This document shows, piece after piece, positions 37,109 through 45,734 of a DNA stretch of 64,000 bases. The notes beneath the pieces are model-generated. The model saw nothing but the letters and a program-made list of their open reading frames with translations. It was not told the DNA's origin and searched no databases. The translations under genes were made by a program, and so were the position numbers. The first letter of the stretch is position 1. The number at the start of each line of letters is the position of its first letter. This stretch comes from Cyanobacteria bacterium auto_48_18 (GTDB taxonomy: Bacteria; Cyanobacteriota; Vampirovibrionia; Obscuribacterales; Obscuribacteraceae), in contig JAVHQC010000035.1 in NCBI GenBank assembly GCA_036170915.1, positions 146,971-210,970 of the forward strand, in the 5' to 3' direction.

Positions 37109-37171
37109 CTGATTTCCAGTATGATCACTTGAAGTAGATACTCTTTTTAGGTTGTGGGAATGCGATAATTT

Positions 37172-38395
37172 ATGGCTTTTTGCTCAAAAAGAAATACGGC
37201 TGTAGTCAAAATTGGCGATCGAGAGCTGGGTGGTGCCTGCCCTGTGCTCGTACAGTCAATGACCAATACGCCCACCGAAGACCCGCAAGCCACAGCCAAT
37301 CAGGTAATTGAGCTGGCAGACGCCGGTTCTGAAATTGTGCGCATAACAGTTAATACAAAAGAAGCAGCCAGGGCTGTTCCTACTATTGTCAGCCTGCTTG
37401 AGAAAAAGGGCTATAACACCCCTTTAGTTGGCGATTTCCACTATAACGGTCACCTGCTTCTTTCTGAATTTCAAGACTGCGCTAGGCTGCTGGCAAAGTA
37501 TCGAATTAATCCGGGCAATGTTGGCCGCGGCGAGAAACACGACAATAATTTTAGAGCCATGGTGGAAGCAGCAGTCAAATGGCAAAAGCCAGTGCGCATC
37601 GGCGTCAACTGGGGTTCACTTGATCAAGAATTGCTGGCAAAAATGATGGACGAAAATGCTTTATTGCCGCAGCCAAAAGATGCCCATGAAGTTCTGATTG
37701 ACGCTATTGTCGAGAGTGCACTGTCATCAGCGGCGGTGGCAGAACGCTATGGCTTAGACCGCGGGCAAATTGTCTTATCAGCTAAAGTTTCAGAAGTGGT
37801 AGACCTTGTCAGTGTCTACCGCAGACTGGCAGCCTCTTGCTCATATGCCCTGCACTTGGGGCTAACTGAAGCCGGAATGGGGATGAAAGGCATTGTTGCC
37901 TCTACAGCTGCCCTCTCGGTACTTCTGGCGGAAGGCATTGGTGATACCATCAGAGTTAGCCTGACGCCGGCCCCTGGTGCTGCTCGCGATGAAGAAGTGC
38001 GGGTCTGTCAGCAAATTTTGCAATCACTGGGTATTCGCTCCTTTAATCCACAAGTGACCGCCTGCCCTGGTTGTGGTCGCACTACCAGCACCGTTTTTCA
38101 ACAGCTGGCGCAGCAAATTCAAGAGCACTTAGTCACTGAACGCGCCCGCTGGCAAGAGAAATATCCTGGTGTAGAAGATTTGAAAGTGGCGGTGATGGGC
38201 TGTATCGTCAACGGTCCAGGCGAATCGAAACACTCAGACATAGGCATATCATTACCGGGCACTGGTGAAGAACCGCGCGCGCCTGTTTATATTGACGGGC
38301 AGCATGTCACCACCCTTGATGGCGCGAATCTGGCTCAAGACTTCATTAAACTAGTCAATGATTACGTCGAGAAGCGTTACGCCGTCAAGGTTTAA
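37172..38395 (+). CDS. ispG: 4-hydroxy-3-methylbut-2-en-1-yl diphosphate synthase (flavodoxin)
   Basis: Fe-S ligand motifs ACPGCGRT and GCIVNGPGE, with a conserved IspG N-terminal TIM region. Confidence 0.93.
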   Translation: MAFCSKRNTAVVKIGDRELGGACPVLVQSMTNTPTEDPQATANQVIELADAGSEIVRITVNTKEAARAVPTIVSLLEKKGYNTPLVGDFHYNGHLLLSEFQDCARLLAKYRINPGNVGRGEKHDNNFRAMVEAAVKWQKPVRIGVNWGSLDQELLAKMMDENALLPQPKDAHEVLIDAIVESALSSAAVAERYGLDRGQIVLSAKVSEVVDLVSVYRRLAASCSYALHLGLTEAGMGMKGIVASTAALSVLLAEGIGDTIRVSLTPAPGAARDEEVRVCQQILQSLGIRSFNPQVTACPGCGRTTSTVFQQLAQQIQEHLVTERARWQEKYPGVEDLKVAVMGCIVNGPGESKHSDIGISLPGTGEEPRAPVYIDGQHVTTLDGANLAQDFIKLVNDYVEKRYAVKV

Positions 38396-38405
38396 AAGGC
38401 GCTGA

Positions 38406-38436
38406 TTAAGCTCTGCACTGGTTAAGCTCTGCACTG
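38406..38436. repeat. Tandem duplication ttaagctctgcactg x2 (16-nt period) between convergent ispG and a hypothetical gene
   Basis: Identical 15-mers at 38406-38420 and 38422-38436. Confidence 0.9.
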
Positions 38437-38439
38437 ATG

Positions 38440-39408
38440 CTAATTGGCATCAATCGAATTTTGAATGCGCGCGTTATAGGCCTTTGCACGTTCCTCTGGC
38501 GAAGTTACGGCGCCTTGGCGATTTCTATCAAACTCGTTAGCGCGGTCGTACACATCATTAACAGTGTAGGTGGACCACTGCGATACACCTTTCAAAGTTT
38601 TTTCCAGGTCTTGCTTATCGCGCGAAACTTTTGAGTGTGCTTCTGAACTGAGTTCACCATTTCCACTAATTAATAGGTTTGCTGATCCACCCATGATTCT
38701 CAACTGATCTTTGCCGTCTTCTCCCTTAACAAGAGAGACACTATGAGACATGGTTTTTTCAACCTCAGTGATTACCCGACGAGCTGATTCAGGGTCGCTC
38801 ATTAACTCCTTGGCTATGCTCGAAAGGGCTTGCCCATCACCGGTGATCATGGCGCGATTAAAGTCTCTTGTGGCTTGTGTCTCTGCAGGCGTGAGAGCAC
38901 GTTCACCTTTTCTTAAAAAGGAATTCTCCACAGAACTGTCCGCAGCTCTAAGTGCTGAATCTCGCTTCTCACTGTCAGCAATAGTTTCATTGCGTCCATC
39001 AACCTTAACCGGTCCCACTAAATCAATAACTGTCTTTATGCCACGGTCAAACGGGCCAGTGGCAGGGTCAATAATGATTTCTTTGGGCAGACCGTCTTTG
39101 TCTCTAACTATTGAAGCCTTGCCTTCTTTTTCGAGCTTGGTCAGTGCTGAATCTAGCACTCCCTGCTCTTTTGCCAGGCTCAACGCTCCCATCATATTAG
39201 AGCGGGCACTGCCATCACCGCGTTCGACTTTGGCGGCAGCACTTTCAATATCACCTGCTCGATACTCGGCCAATTTATCTACAGAGGGTTCTTCGCGGGC
39301 CCGGTCATCCAGCCTCCCAGTTCTATAGATATAATTTTTAAGCTCTTTCTCATTGTCGAGCTCGGAATTATTGGTCTTGCTAGACCTGTCTGGTGCGTCT
39401 TTACCCAT
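38440..39408 (-). CDS. Hypothetical hydrophilic protein (322 aa), orphan-like
   Basis: Good SD (GAGGGA) 8 nt upstream. Highly charged, with no TM or signal peptide and no motif I recognise. Confidence 0.65.
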   Translation of the reverse strand: MGKDAPDRSSKTNNSELDNEKELKNYIYRTGRLDDRAREEPSVDKLAEYRAGDIESAAAKVERGDGSARSNMMGALSLAKEQGVLDSALTKLEKEGKASIVRDKDGLPKEIIIDPATGPFDRGIKTVIDLVGPVKVDGRNETIADSEKRDSALRAADSSVENSFLRKGERALTPAETQATRDFNRAMITGDGQALSSIAKELMSDPESARRVITEVEKTMSHSVSLVKGEDGKDQLRIMGGSANLLISGNGELSSEAHSKVSRDKQDLEKTLKGVSQWSTYTVNDVYDRANEFDRNRQGAVTSPEERAKAYNARIQNSIDAN

Positions 39409-39529
39409 GTTAAATCCCTCAATCTGACGTCATATTAAATGAGCCAAGAACTAAGCGATCCACGAGCTTAGAACTGCCTTGAAGGTTCTACCCCAAAAGG
39501 ACAATTTCTAGACATTGGACGAAATAGAT

Positions 39530-40507
39530 TTAGTTATGCTCGTGTAATTTACGCACTTCGCTGGTGAGCTTTGGCACCACTTCAAGCACATCGCCGACGA
39601 TACCATAATTAGCAAATTTGAAAATCGGTGCATCAGGATCCTTATTGATGGCAACGATTACTTTAGATGACGACATGCCGGCCAAATGTTGAATAGCGCC
39701 TGATATTCCGCAAGCAAAATAAAGTTGCGGGCTTACAGTTTTGCCTGTCTGACCGACTTGAAATTGGTGATCGATCCAGCCTGCGTCCACAACTGCTCGA
39801 GAAGCACCAAGAGCCGCGCCAAGAGCGTCGCAAAGTGACTGGAGCACAGGCCAGTTTTCAGGCCCTTTAATGCCGCGTCCACCAGCGACAATAATGGCCG
39901 CCTCAGATAATTCAATTTTGGCACCTTCAGATGCATGCACAGCCACAACCTTCGCCCGTACTTTATCAGCGCTGACAGCCATATCTTCAATACTGGCGCC
40001 GCTACCGTTAGCTTCGCCCACAGCAAACACATTTGGTCTTAAGGTTATGAAAGCCAGAGGGGCAGTAATTTCATAGACTCCCCAGCATTTGCCGGAATAC
40101 ATTGGTCGCACTGGTGAAATATTGTCGCCATCTTGTTGTAAGGCCATAACGTCTGATACGCAAGGAGCATCAAGACGGGCAGCAACCCGAGGAATAAAAT
40201 CTTTGGCCATAGCAGTGTGAGCTGCAAACACAAATCGGGGATCAACTTTCTTCACTGCTTCAGCTGTTGCTTGAGCGAAAGCTTCGGTGGAATAACTGCT
40301 GAAAGAGTCACTATCAACCACTAATACAGTGTCAGGGCCATACTTTCCCACTTCAGCTGCCAGCTCTTTTACGCCGCTGCCAACTAATAAAGCTGTGACT
40401 TTTTGACCTTGAGCTCTACGCTTGGCTTCACTCAATGCTTCAATGGAGGCTTTTCTCAGCTGGCCATTGCGTTGTTCAACGAAAACTAAAATACCTGATT
40501 GCGACAT
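39530..40507 (-). CDS. etfA: Electron transfer flavoprotein alpha subunit
   Basis: C-terminal FAD-binding signature YFACGISGAIQHLAGM. 325 aa. Confidence 0.92.
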   Translation of the reverse strand: MSQSGILVFVEQRNGQLRKASIEALSEAKRRAQGQKVTALLVGSGVKELAAEVGKYGPDTVLVVDSDSFSSYSTEAFAQATAEAVKKVDPRFVFAAHTAMAKDFIPRVAARLDAPCVSDVMALQQDGDNISPVRPMYSGKCWGVYEITAPLAFITLRPNVFAVGEANGSGASIEDMAVSADKVRAKVVAVHASEGAKIELSEAAIIVAGGRGIKGPENWPVLQSLCDALGAALGASRAVVDAGWIDHQFQVGQTGKTVSPQLYFACGISGAIQHLAGMSSSKVIVAINKDPDAPIFKFANYGIVGDVLEVVPKLTSEVRKLHEHN

Positions 40508-40532
40508 TTCTATTCTTCCTTTTAAATGAGTC

Positions 40533-41321
40533 TTAAAGCACGTGGGCTTCGCTATGCAAAAGGCTGACCAGCTCTTTCACTTGAGCGTCCATGTCGCCTT
40601 CAATTTTGCGGCCTTGCGGGCGATCTGGTGGCAACATCATCTCTTTGATGCGCACTTTCAATTGATCTCCGCCAACCGCACCTTTGACACCAAGGGCAGT
40701 GGCATCTTTAACAGCAATCTCTTTACGACGGGCAGCCATAACCCCCTTAATTCCGGGATATCTAGGCTCATTTAAACCTTTTTGCGTGCTGATTACCGCA
40801 GGAAGTGTTCCTTCAACAGATTCATGAGCGCCTTCAATTTCACGCTCAGCTTTAAAGGTTGTGCCTTCCACTTCGAACTTGAGCACCATAGTTGTCTGTG
40901 CCCAATCAAGCAATTCTGCAAGCATAGCCGGCACTTGACTGTTGTCACCACCGGCAGCCTGGTGGCCGCATAGCACCAGATCATAGCCACCATCTTTAAT
41001 GGCGGCGGCCAACACCTTGGCTGTAGAGAGAGTGTCTAAAGAAGCAAAATCAGGGTCGCTCAAGTGCACTGCCGCATCGATGCCGCGGGCTAAGCTGTCG
41101 CGCAAGACATCAGTGCATTCCGCTCCGCCTAAAGAAATCACAGTGGTATCGCCTGTGTGCTTTTCTTTCAGCTTGAGTGCTTCTTCAATAGCAAACTCAT
41201 CATACGGGCTCGTTATAAAACGAACGCCGGTATAGTCGATATTTTTCTTGTCTGCAGAAATGGCAATTTTGGTTTCTGTATCAGGCACGGCTTTAACGCA
41301 AACAGCAATCTTCAAGGCCAA
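40533..41321 (-). CDS. etfB: Electron transfer flavoprotein beta subunit
   Basis: The N-terminus (M)ALKIAVCVKAVPD is typical of EtfB. TTG start preceded by GAGGAGA. Confidence 0.92.
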   Translation of the reverse strand: MALKIAVCVKAVPDTETKIAISADKKNIDYTGVRFITSPYDEFAIEEALKLKEKHTGDTTVISLGGAECTDVLRDSLARGIDAAVHLSDPDFASLDTLSTAKVLAAAIKDGGYDLVLCGHQAAGGDNSQVPAMLAELLDWAQTTMVLKFEVEGTTFKAEREIEGAHESVEGTLPAVISTQKGLNEPRYPGIKGVMAARRKEIAVKDATALGVKGAVGGDQLKVRIKEMMLPPDRPQGRKIEGDMDAQVKELVSLLHSEAHVL

Positions 41322-41421
41322 TCTCCTCAGTGCTAAAACTTGACAGGCAAGATTATACGAGCGGCCGCGCCCATAACTCGGATTATTACCAGGTTTCTTA
41401 ATCAGCTGAAGACGCTAGATG

Positions 41422-42210
41422 TCACGATTCTTTTTCGGGGTCGACGGAAGGCCCATCACCAGGCGGATCAATCAGGTTATCCACAGTGCCGACGCTGTTT
41501 ACTGCCGCCGGTGCCTCGCGACCACGGCCGCGCAAACCTTCGGCGGTGAGATAGCATTTTTCGTCATTGCACCAGACAATTTGATCAACCAGCTCATCCG
41601 GGTCATCAATTACAGTCAATAAATCGAGCTCATCTTCGCTCAGAAATCCTCTGGTGATAACTTCAGCCCTGAGCCAATCAAGCATAGGATTCCAGAATTT
41701 GGAGTCTACCAATATGATGGGAAAACGCTTGATTTTCTTCGTCTGTATTAAAGTGACAGTTTCAAAAAGTTCATCCAGGCTGCCAAAGCCCCCCGGCAAA
41801 ATCACAAAGGCGACAGCATACTTGACAAACATAAGCTTGCGCAAAAAGAAATAGCGAAAGTCTAGAGATTTTGTCTGATAAGGGTTTGGACCCATTTCGC
41901 GAGAAAGGGAAATATTCAAACCCACCGAAGTGCCACCGGCAGCAAGGGCACCCTTATTACCTGCTTCCATGGCTCCAGGGCCACCACCAGTTATTACAGC
42001 AAAACCTTTTTCGGCAAGCTTCCGTCCTATGGTTTCGCCGAGAATATAGACCGGATCATGGGGTTTGCAGCGGGCCGTGCCAAATATGGAAACGGCCGGA
42101 CCAATTTGCGAAAGGTCATCAAAGCCTTCCACCAGTTCTGCCATCATGCGAAACACACGCCAGGTATCTTTCGCCCCCATATCATCAAGAACATATTCCG
42201 AATCAGCCAC
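41422..42210 (-). CDS. LOG family (TIGR00730-type) nucleotide phosphoribohydrolase
   Basis: GGGPGAMEAGNKGA and PGGFGSLDELFE motifs. Confidence 0.85.
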   Translation of the reverse strand: MADSEYVLDDMGAKDTWRVFRMMAELVEGFDDLSQIGPAVSIFGTARCKPHDPVYILGETIGRKLAEKGFAVITGGGPGAMEAGNKGALAAGGTSVGLNISLSREMGPNPYQTKSLDFRYFFLRKLMFVKYAVAFVILPGGFGSLDELFETVTLIQTKKIKRFPIILVDSKFWNPMLDWLRAEVITRGFLSEDELDLLTVIDDPDELVDQIVWCNDEKCYLTAEGLRGRGREAPAAVNSVGTVDNLIDPPGDGPSVDPEKES

Positions 42211-42220
42211 TATTCACCTT

Positions 42221-43327
42221 TTACTTATTTAGTAATGCTTTTTTCTCTCTCAAATCACGCAGGAAGAAAACTTCCAGTGCGTGTTGATCTGGCATCTGAC
42301 CAGTTTTTACTAACTGCTCCAGCCGGGTCAATTCAAGGCGGCTCTTGACTAAAAGATCTGTAGAAACATGAGTTAGTTTTCTAACTTCTTTTTCCAACAT
42401 GAACGGATTAGAACCCTTGAGATCAGCGGCCAGATGCTTGGCAAGATCTTGTGGCGCCAGCTCTCTGCGCTTTATACCTGGCCCGAAATTAGACTCTTTG
42501 TTGTACATTTCGCACAAGAGTTTGATTTGCACCCACTTACTTACCATGGTCTGCATGGTGGCAATAATCTGCATCGAATTTTGATGGGCCAAAAGCTCAC
42601 GTAAAGTAAGAAGTGTTTGTTTATGATTGCCCGAAAGCCAGTTGTCGGCCACGCTGAATATGCTTGAGTGGTGCGGGCTTAGCTGCCGCAGCACATTGAG
42701 ACTAATAAATTTTTCCGGCAAAATATAAACTGCCGCTTTTTCTATTTCAGAAGAAATCTGCCGCAGATTGGCTTCCAGACCTTCAATCAAATAATCAGCG
42801 GCTTCAGTTTCAATAGTGGCCTGGTGCCTTTTGGCCTCCATCTGACACCAGGTCTGAAGCTTGGGGCTGGTGCTGCCAGCCCAGACTTTTTCTCTTGGGA
42901 AAGATTCTAGTTTTGCGTGTTTTGATACCAGCTTCGAAAGACGCAAAGTGGTATCAAAATTATTGGTGCTAACAAAAATCAAATAGGTATTTGGGTGCAC
43001 TGATGAAATGGCCGCTTCCAGACTATCTTCATCAACAGCGTCTTTACTGGCTTTAGCTGAAGCCTTAGCAGCTTTCTTGGCCGAATCATCTTTACCTCCC
43101 GCTGACCGTTTTTTTGCAAACCAGTCACAGCGATCAATGATTATGAGCTTATTGCCAGGGCCAAATGGCAAAGAAGCAGCCATTTCAGCCACTGTTTGCG
43201 CCGGAGGATTATCAAGGCGAGAATAATTGAAACTGGCCCAGGCAGGGTCGAGCAAATCTGCCTTGAGTTCATCAAGCCGTCTGTAGAGCTGAAAATCTTC
43301 TTCGCCGGCCAAGATAATTACGGGCAT
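42221..43327 (-). CDS. holA: DNA polymerase III delta subunit
   Basis: The N-terminal pattern VIILAGEEDFQLYRRLDELK...FNYSRLD...LPFGPGNKLIIID is typical of HolA. It contains a Lys/Ala-rich insert. Confidence 0.75.
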   Translation of the reverse strand: MPVIILAGEEDFQLYRRLDELKADLLDPAWASFNYSRLDNPPAQTVAEMAASLPFGPGNKLIIIDRCDWFAKKRSAGGKDDSAKKAAKASAKASKDAVDEDSLEAAISSVHPNTYLIFVSTNNFDTTLRLSKLVSKHAKLESFPREKVWAGSTSPKLQTWCQMEAKRHQATIETEAADYLIEGLEANLRQISSEIEKAAVYILPEKFISLNVLRQLSPHHSSIFSVADNWLSGNHKQTLLTLRELLAHQNSMQIIATMQTMVSKWVQIKLLCEMYNKESNFGPGIKRRELAPQDLAKHLAADLKGSNPFMLEKEVRKLTHVSTDLLVKSRLELTRLEQLVKTGQMPDQHALEVFFLRDLREKKALLNK

Positions 43328-43349
43328 TTTTGCTTCTCAAATAAAATTA

Positions 43350-43991
43350 CTAATCGGAAATTCTTTCGCCAGTGGAAAGAAAATATACTCTTTTGGCAAT
43401 GGAAGTACAGGCGTCGCCCATGCGTTCCAGAAAGCGTGAGCAAAAAAGAAACTGTGCTCGCATCTGTGCCTGGCCTGCTTCTTGCTCACCCAGGTTAGAA
43501 AGCAATTTCTTTGATAATACATCGTGCAAATAATCCACGGTATTGTCGCTGGCCAAAATTTCTTTGGCTTTGGAGGCTGAGTCGGTAAGAAAACAAAGCA
43601 ATAATTCTTGCACCATGTGATAAACAGCGGCAGCCATTTTCGGCAACTCATCAGGTATTTCTATTTCATCTTCAATGGCCCAGTTTGCAAACCTGGCCAC
43701 TCGATTAGCATGATCGGCCAGCCTTTCGAACTTTGCCGCAATCAAAGGAATACTAACCAGCGCGCGAATTTCTTTGGCACCGAACGTCTCTCGTTCAATC
43801 AGCATGTCTACACATTTTTCTTCAATTTCCTGGCAGAGTTTATTGATCTCTTCTTCCTGCCTTTCGATCATGGCAATATCTGCGCGCTTGTCGCCTTTGA
43901 GTAACCGTGTCACTTCGTAGACGGTAGTTTCAACCATACGCCCCAGCGTCAGCACTTCTTCTTTTATTAGTGTGATTGATTCTGTTTTCAC
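43350..43991 (-). CDS. phoU: Phosphate signalling complex protein PhoU
   Basis: Two PhoU repeats with ERLADHANRVA and ERMGDACTSIA motifs. 213 aa. Confidence 0.88.
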   Translation of the reverse strand: MKTESITLIKEEVLTLGRMVETTVYEVTRLLKGDKRADIAMIERQEEEINKLCQEIEEKCVDMLIERETFGAKEIRALVSIPLIAAKFERLADHANRVARFANWAIEDEIEIPDELPKMAAAVYHMVQELLLCFLTDSASKAKEILASDNTVDYLHDVLSKKLLSNLGEQEAGQAQMRAQFLFCSRFLERMGDACTSIAKRVYFLSTGERISD

Positions 43992-44032
43992 TAATTATCT
44001 CCGTCAACAAACAATTTTCAATTCTAGTCAAA

Positions 44033-44737
44033 TCAGTCACTGGGTAAATTCAGGCGATAACCTGAGCGATGAACGGTTTCAAGCAAAGTCGGATTTTTGG
44101 CATCGTGCTCAAGTTTTTGTCTCAGCCAGCGAACATGCACTGCTACGGTTTTTACATCACCATCAAAATCAGTGCCCCAGACGCGATCTAGCAAGGCTTC
44201 TGTAGACAGAGCTTTGCCTACATTTTGCATCAACACTTTGAGCAATTTAAATTCTCTCGGCGCAAGTTCAATATTTTTGCCGCGAAAAGTTACGCGTCTA
44301 GCGTCTTCGTCGAGTATCAACGTGCCCAGTTCTATACGCCCTTTAGCCGACCGCGCTTTTTCTTTAAGAGTGCGGCGAATCAGTGCGTCGAGTCTCGCCA
44401 AAAGCTCAACCATGCTAAATGGTTTGACCAAATAGTCATCAGCGCCTTGAGACAAACCATGAGCAATATCAGCCGGCGCCGATCTTCCGGTGAGCATTAA
44501 AATTGGAATATCAGGAGCCTGGGCTCTAATCAGTGCACATAAGTCAGGCCCTTTCATATCAGGCAGCATCCAGTCGAGAATGACTAAATCTGGCAATACT
44601 TCTGTGAAGCGGGCGAGGCCGATGGCACCGTTATTGAAAGCAGTAACTTCAAAACCGTGGCGAGTGAGATTGTATGTCAGAGTTTCGACGATGGTTTCAT
44701 CGTCGTCTACTATCTGAATTTTGATTTTGCTCGACAT
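44033..44737 (-). CDS. OmpR/PhoB-family response regulator
   Basis: Canonical receiver (IVDDDE, LVILDWMLPDMKG, YLVKPF) plus a winged-helix domain (VAVHVRWLRQKLE). Confidence 0.92.
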   Translation of the reverse strand: MSSKIKIQIVDDDETIVETLTYNLTRHGFEVTAFNNGAIGLARFTEVLPDLVILDWMLPDMKGPDLCALIRAQAPDIPILMLTGRSAPADIAHGLSQGADDYLVKPFSMVELLARLDALIRRTLKEKARSAKGRIELGTLILDEDARRVTFRGKNIELAPREFKLLKVLMQNVGKALSTEALLDRVWGTDFDGDVKTVAVHVRWLRQKLEHDAKNPTLLETVHRSGYRLNLPSD

Positions 44738-44756
44738 TTTCTTTTGACCGGCTGAA

Positions 44757-45452
44757 TTACGGAAAGTCTATTCTAAATTTGGAGCCCAAGCCTTCTTGCG
44801 AAGTTACGGCAATCTTAGCACCGTGTAAATCGACGATGTGTTTGACGATGGACAAACCAAGGCCTGTGCTGCCCCTTGTGCGGCCCCTGTCCACTCGGTA
44901 AAAACGTTGGAATATTTTGGGAATTTCAGCTTCGGCCATACCAATGCCTGAGTCTTGTACCTCAAGGTAAGGGGGCGGGCCGCCAGCGCGGATTACAACA
45001 CTGCCTCCGGCCGGCGTAAATTTAATGGCATTTTCCACCAGGTTAATTAAAACCTGATCTATTTGCTCTGCATTGGCAGACAATTCGAAACCTTTTTCTA
45101 TCGCCAGTTTTAAGACCACGCCTTTTTCTTGCGCCATTTCTCGTGTAGTTTCAACCACATACTGAGCACGCTCGGCTATATCAACGGGAGCAAAGCGCAT
45201 TTCATCACGCCCGCCCTGTAATTTTTCATGAGAAAGCAGGTCTGAGACAAGATTTTGCAAACGAGAGACTTCTTCTTTTGTGCGATTAAGCATGCGCATG
45301 GCCGTGATTGGGTCTTCTACGGCACCGTCAATTAATGTCTCTACTAAAAGTTTGATATTAGCGAGAGGAAGCCTCAGTTCGTGAGACACCTCGGCAATCC
45401 AGTTATTATGCTCTTCTTCAGTAAGAGGACGATTATCCATTATTTCACTCAA
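44757..45452 (-). CDS. Histidine kinase consisting only of DHp + catalytic domains (no TM or sensor region)
   Basis: H-box VSHELRLPLANI, N-box NLVENAIKFTP, G1 DSGIGM and G2 GSTGLGLSIVK. TTG start at 45452, or ATG at 45440. Confidence 0.88.
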   Translation of the reverse strand: MSEIMDNRPLTEEEHNNWIAEVSHELRLPLANIKLLVETLIDGAVEDPITAMRMLNRTKEEVSRLQNLVSDLLSHEKLQGGRDEMRFAPVDIAERAQYVVETTREMAQEKGVVLKLAIEKGFELSANAEQIDQVLINLVENAIKFTPAGGSVVIRAGGPPPYLEVQDSGIGMAEAEIPKIFQRFYRVDRGRTRGSTGLGLSIVKHIVDLHGAKIAVTSQEGLGSKFRIDFP

Positions 45453-45461
45453 TGGCTACAC

Positions 45462-45503
45462 CACAGGTAAAATCACAGGCAAATTCACAGGAGAAATCAC
45501 ATC
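45462..45503 (-). promoter_or_regulatory. Four 12-nt-phased direct repeats (minus strand CCTGTGA(T/A)TT...), a Pho-box-like candidate response-regulator binding array
   Basis: On the plus strand, cacagg occurs at 45462, 45474 and 45486, and cacatc at 45498. The array lies immediately upstream of the kinase start codon. Confidence 0.4.
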
Positions 45504-45551
45504 TAAGATCATGGGCACCACCAGCGGTGCAAGTGCGAGCTCTGAAGTGAA

Positions 45552-45587
45552 CAGGGGAGTGACCAGGGGAGCGACGAGAGACGCGAC
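45552..45587. repeat. Second 12-nt-phased triple repeat (caggggagtgac / caggggagcgac / gagagacgcgac)
   Basis: Read directly from the intergenic region between the kinase operon and gpmI. Confidence 0.8.
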
Positions 45588-45734
45588 CACTGAAGCAAGT
45601 TCGCAAAACAGATTTGATTGCTGCTATTGATTTCAATTGATGCGAACGGCGCTTTGGCATTGAATCGTATTTGACCCAGTAAAATGCACTAGAATCTTAC
45701 TCAATTCAGAGCATTAATAGGGTTTTTAAAAATT

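Noticed and set aside
38750-39328. 192-aa plus-strand ORF
   Set aside because: It is antisense to the 322-aa hypothetical gene, which has the better SD and start context. The Ser/Leu/Ala-rich shadow composition also argues against it.
45445-45660. 71-aa minus-strand ORF upstream of the histidine kinase, considered as a possible frameshifted N-terminal sensor domain
   Set aside because: It has no TM or PAS features, and its sequence (CDFSCEFACDFTC, RRSPGHSP) simply translates the 12-nt DNA repeats. It does not look like a lost PhoR N-terminus, so I treat it as non-coding regulatory DNA.
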